A stretch of DNA of 64,000 nt, taken from Balanoglossus misakiensis (taxonomy: Eukaryota > Animalia > Hemichordata). Location of the stretch: contig CM082595.2 in assembly GCA_040954595.2 (NCBI GenBank), forward strand, positions 5,978,137 to 6,042,136. Direction: 5' to 3'. The stretch's first letter is position 1; every line of letters starts with the position of its first letter. The notes beneath the pieces were generated by a model. It was not told the DNA's origin and searched no databases. It saw nothing but the letters and a program-made list of their open reading frames with translations. Below, piece by piece: positions 26,201-36,204 of this stretch. The translations under genes and the position numbers were made by a program.

Positions 26201-29200
26201 AACCATGGGTTATAGCTCATGAAAATCATCCAGAAATGTTAATTTTTCGACTTCGCGAAATTTCAAAATTTGGTGGTTTTTCGATAAAAAACATGGGTTA
26301 TACCTCATGAAAATCATCCAGAAATGTCTATTTTTCGACTTCGCGAAATTTCAAAATTTCCTGGTTTTTCGATAAAAACCATGGGTTATAGCTCATGAAA
26401 ATCATCCAGAAATGTCAATTTTTCGACTTCGCGAAATTTCAAAATTTGGTGCTTTTTCGATAAAAACCATGGGTTATAGCTCATGAAAATCGTCCAGAAA
26501 TGTCAATTTTTCGACTTCGCGAAATTTCAAAATTTGGTGATTTTTCGATAAAAACCATGGGTTATAGCTCATGAAAATCATCCAGAAATGTCAATTTTTC
26601 GACTTCGCGAAATTTCAAAATTTGGTGGTTTTTCGATAAAAACCAAGGGTTATAGCTCATGAAAATCATCCAGAAATGTCAATTTTTCGACTTCGCGAAA
26701 TTTCAAAATTTGGTGATTTTTCGATAAAAACCATGGGTTATAGCTCATGAAAATCATCCAGAAATGTCAATTTTTCGCCTTCGCGAAATTTCAAAATTTG
26801 GTGATTTTTCGATAAAAACCATGGGTTTTAGATCATGAAAATCATCCAGAAATGTCAATTTTTCGACTTCGGGAAATTTAAAAATTTGGTGATTTTTTGA
26901 TAAAAACCATGGGTTATAGCTCATGAAAATCATCCAGAAATGTCAATTTTTCGACTTCGGGAAATTTCAAAATTTGGTGGTTTTTCGATAAAAACCATGG
27001 GTTATAGCTCATGAAAATCATCCAGAAATGTCAATTTTTCGACTACGCGAAATTTAAAAATTTGGTGATTTTTTGATAAAAACCATGGGTTATAGCTCAT
27101 GAAAATCATCCAGAAATGTCAATTTTTCGACTTCGCGAAAGTTCAAAATTTGGTGATTTTTCGATAAAAACCATGGGTTATAGCTCATGAAAATCATCCA
27201 GAAATGTCAATTTTTCGCCTTCGCGAAATTTCAAAATTTGGTGATTTTTCGATAAAAACCATGGGTTATAGCTCATGAAAATCATCCAGAAATGTCAATT
27301 TTTCGACTTCGCGAAATTTCAAAATTTGTTGATTATTCGATAAAAACCATGGGTTATAGCTCATGAAAATCATCCAGAAATGTTAATTTTTCGACTTCGC
27401 GAAATTTCAAAATTTGGTGGTTTTTCGATAAAAAACATGGGTTATACCTCATGAAAATCATCCAGAAATGTCAATTTTTCGACTTCGCGAAATTTCAAAA
27501 TTTCCTGGTTTTTCGATAAAAACCATGGGTTATAGCTCATGAAAATCATCCAGAAATGTCAATTTTTCGACTTCGCGAAATTTCAAAATTTGGTGCTTTT
27601 TCGATAAAAACCATGGGTTATAGCTCATGAAAATCATCCAGAAATGTCAATTTTTCGACTTCTCGAAATTTCAAAATTTGGTGGTTTTTAGATAAAAACC
27701 ATGGGTTATAGCTCATGAAAATCTTCCAGAAATGTCAATTTTTCGACTTCGCGAAATTTCAAAATTTGGCGATTTTTCGATAAAAACCATGGGTTATAGC
27801 TCATGAAAATCATCCAGAAATGTCAATTTTTCGCCTTCGCGAAATTTAAAAATTTGGTGATTTTTCGATAAAAACCATGGGTTTTAGCTCATGAAAATCA
27901 CCCAGAAATGTCAATTTTTCGACTTCGCGAAATTTCAAAATTTGGTGGTTTTTCGATAAAATCCATGGGTTATAGCTCATGAAAATCATCCAGAAATGTC
28001 ATTTTTTCGACTTCGCGAAATTTCAAAATTTGGTGGTTTTTCGATAAAAACCATGGGTTATAGCTCATGAAAATCATCCAGAAATGTCAATTTTTCGACT
28101 ACGCGAAATTTAAAAATTTGGTGATTTTTTGATAAAAACCATGGGTTATAGCTCATGAAAATCATCCAGAAATGTCAATTTTTCGACTTCGCGAAATTTC
28201 AAAATTTGGTGATTTTTCGATAAAAACCATGGGTTATAGCTCATGAAAATCATCCAGAAATGTCAATTTTTCGACTTCGCGAAATTTCAAAATTTGGTGC
28301 TTTTTCGATAAAATCCATGGGTTATAGCTCATGTAAATCATCCAGAAATGTCAATTTTTCGCCTTCGCGAAATTTCAAAATTTGGTGGTTTTTCGATAAA
28401 AAACATGGGTTATAGCTCATGAAAATCATCCAGAAATGTCAATTTTTCGACTTCGCGAAATTTAAAAATTTGGTGGTTTTTCGATAAAAACCATGGGTTA
28501 TAGCTCATGAAAATCATCCAGAAATGTCAATTTTTCGACTTCTCGAAATTTCAAAATTTGGTGGTTTTTAGATAAAAACCATGGGTTATAGCTCATGAAA
28601 ATCATCCAGAAATGTCAATTTTTCGACTTCGCGAAATTTCAAAATTTGGTGGTTTTTCTATAAAAACCATGGGTTATAGCTCATGAAAATCATCCAGAAA
28701 TGTCAATTTTTCGCGTTCGTGAAATTTCAAAATTTGGTGGTTTTTCGATAAAAACCATGGGTTATAGCTCATGAAAATCATCCAGAAATGTCAATTTTTC
28801 GACTACGCGAAATTTCAAAATTTGGTGATATTTCGATAAAAACTATGGGTTATAGCTCATGAAAATCATCCAAAAATGACGATTTTTTGACTTTGGGAAT
28901 TTTCAAAATTTGGCCATTTTTGATAAAAATCATGGGTTATAGCTCATGAAAATCATCCAAAAATGACGATTTTTCGACTTTGGGAATTTTCAAAATTTGG
29001 CCATTTTTTGATAAAAATCATGGGTTATAGCTAATGAAAATCATCCGAAAATGACGATTTTTTCGACTTTGGGAATTTTCAAAATTTGGCCATTTTTTGA
29101 TAAAAATCATGGGTTATAGCTCATGAAAATCATCCCAAAATGACAATTTTTCGACTTTGGGAATTTTCAAAATTTGGACATTTTTTGATAAAAATCATGG

Positions 29201-29477
29201 GTTATAGCTTATGAAAATCATCCGAAAATGACGATTTTTCGACTTTGCGAATTTTCAAAATTTGGCCATTTTTGATAAAAATCATGGGTTATAGCTCATG
29301 AAAATCATCCAAAAATGACAATTTTTCGACTTTGCGAAAATTCAAAATTTCTTCATTTTTTGAAAAAAATCATGGGTGATGAAAATCATCCAAAAATGAC
29401 AATTTTTCGACTTTGCGAAAGTTCAAAATTTCTTCATTTTTTGAAAAAATTCATGGGTTATAGCTCATGAAAATCAT
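14250..29477 (-). repeat. Satellite array block 4: 88-bp A monomers in reverse orientation (~173 copies); A2 to ~28860, diverged A1 at the outer edge
   Basis: Unit ATGAAAATCATCCAGAAATGTCAATTTTTCGACTTCGCGAAATTTCAAAATTTGGTGGTTTTTCGATAAAAACCATGGGTTATAGCTC is the reverse complement of A2. From ~28870 units read CTTTGGGAATTTTCAAAATTTGGCC (A1 reverse) with indels. Confidence 0.98.
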
Positions 29478-29478
29478 T

Positions 29479-29587
29479 TATGTATGTATGTATGTATGTA
29501 TGTATGTATGTATGTATGTATGTATGTATGTATGTATGTATGTATGTATGTATGTATGTATGTATGTATGTATGTATGTATGTATGT
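29479..29587. repeat. (TATG)n microsatellite, ~27 units, at the satellite boundary
   Basis: Uninterrupted TATG run directly after the last satellite bases (…GAAAATCAT). Confidence 0.98.
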
Positions 29588-30898
29588 TCGATGCAGTAGC
29601 GATATAAATTAATAATAAATCTTCCGCGCTACAAATTCTGGTTCACATGATGTCCAAATATATGAATCCTCGACTTTTTCAAACACCCATCCATGTTACC
29701 TAAGCAAACCTTATAGGAGAATACCACGCTATTCGAAATATAGGACAAAATGCACTCTGAATACTCTACAGTGTGCTGTGCTGTCATTAACGTAGGTTTA
29801 TTCAGCAAGTTCCCAATTTAATTTTTCAATTTGGCACAATATTACTTTTATCGCAGCTGCGTGTGCAAACATATTTCCGCTGAAGATTTTATTTTATTGT
29901 GCGTTCGGACAAAGCCCTGAATTTTATTTTACCGTATAAGCAAACGTACACAAAGGAATTCAGTCGGATTGTGACGCCAGAGCTTCAGAGTCGATCATTC
30001 TTTGTGCGGGCAGCCCTTGAGCTTGGTGGCGGTAATAGATTATCTGGTGTTGATTGAGACAGATCACGTAACCCAGCCTGCGTTGTATGTGAGCTGTAAA
30101 GCTACTATGAAATTCGAAATTTGTGTTGTAGGTCAATTAAAAATTACACATAAATTCACTTGTCAAAAATATGCAAACCTATTTCACTGATATGCAAACA
30201 GTTGAATAAATTTTCAGGTCATTTAGCTGTGATTCTTACACTGAAAGTTTAGGTCATAGGTCATGAAACAAGCAGAATATTGTATTATAAATTAGAAACT
30301 TTAATACTGTGGCTATTAGCGGTATTCCATGTCAAAGTATTGATGTCTAATCTCATGAAATTCAGTAATAATGAGCTTAACAAAAATATGTAAAAAAGCT
30401 AGGGTAAAATGACATTTAAAAATCGATAAAAAGGATAGTTTTAAGTCAAGTTTTAAAAGATCCAGTTGAAGTAGCAGATAAGAACAGAACAGAGTTCCGT
30501 AATTTCGGACTTCCAACAGAGAGCCTGTAAAGAGTCTAAACTCGCATGAGATAACTTCAGAAAAATAAACTCTCTTGCGAATGTAATTTTAATTCATAAT
30601 TTTAATTCATAAGTCATAGCTTACTTAACTACATTCAGAATGTAATGAATTGACAATAATAGAAATATAGGTAGTCTAGAATGTGTGAATTTGTCGGTCA
30701 TGAGATTTAAAACTTAGAAATATTGTAGGCTTTATAGATTCCAAAACTGCATTAAATCTTAATTGATGTGTACAACCGAGTCCATGTCAACTTCCCTGCA
30801 CCTAAGGACGAAAATAAAATTAGATTAGGAGAATAACTTAACATTAAAATTAATATGAGGGATAACTTAGCAATCTAATTGCGTGTGTGTAAGGGGAC

Positions 30899-30971
30899 AT
30901 CCTAATCTATGCAAGATCTTTTCAAATGCAAAAATGTTTTGCATCTGAAAAGACCTTGCATAGATTAGGAT
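30899..30971. repeat. Inverted repeat, 35-bp arms, 2 mismatches, 3-nt loop
   Basis: ATCCTAATCTATGCAAGATCTTTTCAAATGCAAAA-ATG-TTTTGCATCTGAAAAGACCTTGCATAGATTAGGAT. Confidence 0.93.
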
Positions 30972-31074
30972 TCCCATAATGCACTTGTACAAAAAAAATT
31001 CAACTTTGCTCAACCGAAGTAAGAGTTAAGGCAGGGATTTATTAGTGTTTACTCAATCCCGGTGGGGATGGTTG

Positions 31075-31077
<3 letters not shown>

Positions 31078-31102
<25 letters not shown>
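31078..31102 (+). repeat. Poly(A) tract, ~25 nt
   Basis: Direct reading. Confidence 0.9.
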
Positions 31103-31106
<4 letters not shown>

Positions 31107-31151
31107 GTCAAAAACACTAAAAAATTTGAATTTTGTCTATACCCCTCCTTT

Positions 31152-31225
31152 GGGGCATACACAAGTTTCAAAAATTTTCTAAGTAAAAAAAAACTTAGAA
31201 AATTTTTGAAACTTGTGTATGCCCC
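31152..31225. repeat. Perfect inverted repeat, 33-bp arms, A8 loop
   Basis: GGGGCATACACAAGTTTCAAAAATTTTCTAAGT-A8-ACTTAGAAAATTTTTGAAACTTGTGTATGCCCC. Confidence 0.95.
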
Positions 31226-31423
31226 CTCTTAACTTGCATTTTCTAATACTTGCCTTGTCTTTTCAGATCCCAGCTGGACTCCACTTCTTTCGATTGTTCA
31301 TCAACCATTCAACAGATAGACCTGAAACGACAAGTGAAATTTCAATACTTTGGTTTTGTCATGATTTACTAGAAAATGAAATAAAATACAATAAATTTCA
31401 ATCCCTGGTGTCTGCTTTTTTGT

Positions 31424-31580
31424 AAAAAAAAACCTTAGAAGTTTTTTAGGCTGTACTGTATAGTTTGACATTAAGAAAAAAAGTTAGAAATTTTTCAGGC
31501 TGTACTCTATACTTTAACATTAAAACAAACTTAGAAATTTTTCAGGCTTTACTCTATTTCACATACGGAAAAAAACTTGA
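31424..31580. repeat. Degenerate ~48-bp tandem repeat, ~3 copies
   Basis: TTAGAA..TTTT.AGGCT.TACT.TAT at 31435, 31484 and 31531 (periods 49 and 47). Confidence 0.85.
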
Positions 31581-32063
31581 CTCCCTCCTTTTATTTAACA
31601 ATCACATTAAATTTTATCTATTGACTTTAATATTACAGATTGGTAGCCATTTTGAATTTCAAATTGGAGATAATTCCACTTTAATTCAAAGTAATGCAAT
31701 CCTGTGCATTCATTATCAATTTAAACAAACACTTTAGATTTTAGACTGAATTTTCAAGCACATTTATCATGATCTATTTCCAGCTTTAAAGTACACTCAT
31801 TCTAAAATAAACTCTAATCATTGTCATTTAACAATTTCTAATCCTAAGAATTTTGTGGAAACAATTATTGACAGAAAGAATGATGAACCCAATGGGAACT
31901 ATTTTGTGATATCAAGACATAAAAATCAACAATTCTACGAAATTGCATTTTTGACAATTTTGCAAATTCTTTGGTGTGAAAATATTAGGATAGAATTTTT
32001 TTTCATAGCAAAAATAGTTGCTATTGTTTACTATTTTCAAGATGTTGTTATCACAAAGTAGTT

Positions 32064-32330
32064 CCAGTTGTGTTAATGACAGTGAGATAAAGGAAGGGAG
32101 ATGGGGGCCAGTGTGTGTGTCAGCTTGAGATTGATTCGGTCTTACCTCAACAGCAGTCTTGTAAACCATCGTCTCAGCATTGGGCCGATGCCAGTTGTGT
32201 TAATGACAGTGAGATAAGGAAGGGAGGTGGGGGCCCCGTGTGTGTTTGTGTGTGCCAAATTAAGATTGATTCGGTCTTACCTGAACAGCACTCTTGGATT
32301 CTTCATTCCATCGTCTAAGCATTCAGCTGA
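32064..32330. repeat. Tandem duplication, ~127-140 bp, 2 copies
   Basis: CCAGTTGTGTTAATGACAGTGAGATAA at 32064 and 32191; both continue into AGATTGATTCGGTCTTACCT and CCATCGTCT. Confidence 0.92.
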
Positions 32331-32568
32331 TTTCACCTTGACTTAATTCACTGCAATGCAAAAAAACAAAATCAGGGTAAGTATTACATTAGCAAATAAA
32401 CAGAAAGACTAACTATAGACCACTTGCATGACCATTGTATGAATGTGGCATTCTAATGTTTACCAATTTGTGCATTCTAACTCAACCCAGAACAAAGATT
32501 GCAATTTTTGTCTGAGAAAAATTAGTGACACAAAGAAAAAACATCAGGATGTACGGTCACTTAGGTAT

Positions 32569-32611
32569 GAAATTTGTGATCTTTTGATAATTTTCATGAG
32601 CTATAACCCAT
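32569..32611 (+). repeat. Orphan satellite monomer fragment (A/B hybrid)
   Basis: GAAATTTGTGATCTTTTGATAATTTTCATGAGCTATAACCCAT; the last 22 nt are identical to the A monomer core. Confidence 0.8.
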
Positions 32612-32771
32612 TTACATTATCATCATTGACAGCAATGTGTACATACATGAATAATAAAGCATGGTATAACTTCTATAAGTTACTCTTGCTGCGCTCGCAC
32701 TCAGGTCAAACCTGTTACTTATAAACCATATACCATTTGTATCCAGGAATGGAAAGTCATCGCTATAGTAT

Positions 32772-33060
32772 ACCTTACCTTGGAAAAGCGCACGTGTTGT
32801 CTTTATGCAATGGGCGCCGCCATATTGGTTTTCCGATTCGACGGCTTCGTTACGACATTTGCGTTAAACCATGGTGAAACCAATGCAGTAATTCCTCACA
32901 GATCCCACTCGGATGCATTTCGACCACAAGACGAACGGGGATAGTCTGAAATTCAGTTGGGAAACGGGCTTTTAAACGCGTTTCAGGTCAAAAGCGCACC
33001 ATGATACCGACACAGGCAAATGGCTTCTTGAAGCACGCCACCTCACGGGGGGTTTAATAA
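32772..33060 (-). promoter_or_regulatory. Candidate minus-strand promoter/first exon (YY1-type AATATGGCGGC motif and splice donor AAG|GTAAGG)
   Basis: Local CpG-rich patch next to very AT-rich DNA; GCCGCCATATT at 32816-32826; CACGTG at 32791; minus-strand donor at 32779/32778. Motif-level evidence only. Confidence 0.35.
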
Positions 33061-34490
33061 ATCTTTCGAAGTAACAGTGTTCAGTGCACCACAAACTTCA
33101 ACATTCACAAAACTTTAGATTCAGTATACTGTAGCAGTGTTCACATTTTACCAAGTATTTTGGGTGCGTGCGTGCGTATATATTTGACACTGGCACTTCA
33201 TGAGTGAAGAAAGTTGACTAGGAGCTGCACATGTCGGTAAATTAAATTATAAGTACATGTATTACTTTTCTGTCGCCGACAGGATTCGCCGAAGCTTGGA
33301 TTCCAATCCATTACTCAACCTGATAACCGTTTTCAAGTGATCTGGGCCTAAATCGAATAATGCAACGATGCTTGCTTCAACACGCCATTTGAAACTTGTT
33401 TTTATACTTCCTTAGGGAATCGTAAACATGACTGTATGGTTTGTTGTCAACATCGTTAAATGCTATTTGGAAACCCATAACTTTTAATGGAAGCACATCG
33501 TTTGAGACACAACTCATAGGCTATTCTGTCCGTTTTCACGACCGAAATAATTGATACCAGGTACACTATAGTTCAATAAAATATTCTACCGGTTCATGAC
33601 ATACACGTGCACATAAAACTTACCTTCGATATGATGTGAGGCGAACCAGAGTTTCGGCGTTCAATTACAATTTATGAGATAAAAATCCTTCGACATTTGT
33701 ATCTGCGCATTTTCCCCCGATATATCTATAAGATCAAAATAAAAAACAATCGAGATTTTACGGTATCATGACATACAGGAATAGTGGAGCATTATGGGGT
33801 GAGCAAGTTTTTTTTTTCATTTTCATTTATTTTATTGCGTTAACATATTGGACTGTGTGAAATAAATAAAACCAAGGCTTGTATTCTAACGCTTGCCAAA
33901 TAACCTCGTGCGATGTTCTTTTAAATGGAAAAATAGGGTTAGGGACTTTTAACTGTGGTATGTAAAGTTACTGGAAATAAAAAAATAGCCTGATTTGATT
34001 ATGTTTAACATTTTTTATTTAAAAAGGAAAGTCTTAATAGTATGAATGAGTCTTTTCTGTCGAAAAGCATTCCATTGATCACCACTGTGGACAGAGGAAG
34101 CTTGTCTGAAATGATTGTAAGTGGACTCCTGGCATAAACCGCTGGTCAATCCGATTTACAGAGGCACATAAAACCCAAAAGAAAGTAGATTGTATCTTCA
34201 ACACGCCTGCAATTATGTCATTTCAACACTGTCATCGTTGCCATAGGAAGATAACCCTCTCTAATGACTAAAAAACGAAATGTGTACATAACACCAGAGG
34301 AAATATATAGAATTGGCGGATGTTGAATGGTAACAAGAGAATCATTTAAATGTTTCCTTTGCGCAACGCTGGCCCACGCAGTTCCTCTTTCTGGGGGTTG
34401 TGTGTAACCCCACACTAATAACCAACTTGTATTACACGGGTTAAGAACTCTTACCTCCTATAAAGTAACATTCTCTGCTATCATTATGTA

Positions 34491-34606
34491 ATTACATATT
34501 GGGTTAAGTGTTATTACATATTGGGTTGGTATTACATATTGGGTTAAGGTGTTATTACATATTGGGTTAGTATTACATATTGGGTTGATTATTACATATT
34601 GGGGTG
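34491..34606. repeat. Minisatellite: 6 copies of ATTACATATTGGG(TT) with 18-23 bp spacing
   Basis: Cores at 34491, 34513, 34531, 34554, 34572 and 34591. Confidence 0.93.
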
Positions 34607-34650
34607 ATACATCGGTCTACTGTTGGTTGCTACGGTTTCTAGAGGATTAA

Positions 34651-34832
34651 AGGTATACGGTCACCTACGCAAATTAAGCTACTGTTACTATGGTAAAGTG
34701 ATCTAACCAATCACAGAATTTCAGTGGGTGGCATACGCGAAAAAAGAGCGTCACCATACTTTCTTTAGAACACTCAAGTACGCCGTTTTAGCTATATATG
34801 GCGATATAAAAATTCGAGGTGACCGTATACAT
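34651..34832 (+). mobile_element. MITE family 1, copy a (~180 bp, TTAA-flanked, Kolobok-like termini)
   Basis: TTAA|AGGTATACGGTCACCT … AGGTGACCGTATACAT; interior is homologous to copies at 38388 and 60661. Confidence 0.85.
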
Positions 34833-35947
34833 TTTGAAGTCACAAGACGGGTACTTCTAAAAGTAAGACAGCGCGAACCACGGCGCGGAGTTTTTCACGA
34901 AAGACTGCAGTATCAGTTACAGGTCGCACGACTGTCTGGGCAGATTTCACGGTTATTTTGTGTTTTTACCTGTGTCGTGCTGCGAAAAGGAATAAATCCA
35001 GAGCGGGACTGCTCACGATTCCCCCGCGGGGGAATGTGATGATGCAACCGTGATGGAGCCGGAAGCATTGGGGATTTGTTTTCCCCATTTACGGGTAGTT
35101 GCCACGTACACCCGCTGGTCGCCCTCAGCTCTCAAAAAGCTTATACTAGAACAACATCCCGGGAATCTCTTTGTGATTTTCCGGATTTATACGTGTCATA
35201 TCAAGGGACAAACCGCGATATTTTGGGAGGGGTTGGTCTGGATGTAGAACACGCAGCGTCTTGTACTTGTTTCCAACATTTGACAAATAACTATTGGGAG
35301 GGAGGGGATAAACATTATTTTAAACTTGGAAGAATTAGATGGATGTGTATTTGAAAATGGTCAAATAGTTGCAAATGCGACATATTTCCCTAGAAAAATT
35401 CAAACCTTTTTCTTTGACGCATATATCATATATATATAGCGAAGCTGGTTTGGACATTTTTTCATCATCGGTTACTGTATATTTGCGCTTGATTTCCCTT
35501 CCTGTCCACCTCTCTGAAAATCAGATGGTGGAGACATAAACTCGCTCCGAAGTATCTCGCGTGCCTTCTCTTTGCACAGGTCCCAAAGTTATGTTAGGCT
35601 TTTAACCATTAAGAGCCATCAACTATTAAAGCCTTCCTTTCATATTTAAATATAGATATAGCGTATTTTTATATTTACCAAACGTTTTTCGGATTTAATG
35701 TTTCCTTTAACGACACAGAGCGAGCAAACACTTTCGCCCATTTGATCTTCTACGAACTGTACGCGTACAAACAGTACAAGCCGTCTGGGAGAATTTGGCG
35801 CCAGTGTGGTGAATTCTTTCCCGAGCATCCGTGGGTGAAATGCAGTTTAGAATGCAAATGATTCAGCACTATACACGTATATAGACACTGTAAAATCTCT
35901 GCACCATCTGCATAGAACCTTTACCTACAAATGTGTTCTTAACTAAA

Positions 35948-36204
<257 letters not shown>

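Noticed and set aside
1-29477. CRISPR-like regular repeats
   Set aside because: No unique spacers; whole monomers repeat; eukaryotic context with no cas genes.
31267-32382. Plus-strand splice-like signals (TTTTCAG at 31267, GG|GTAAGT at ~32376)
   Set aside because: No coherent reading frame; such motifs are common in AT-rich DNA.
33934-33944. Telomere-like TAGGGTTAGGG
   Set aside because: Fewer than two full units; expected by chance.
34491-34606. Repeat-spacer pattern resembling a mini CRISPR array
   Set aside because: Spacers are only 3-8 nt and similar to each other.
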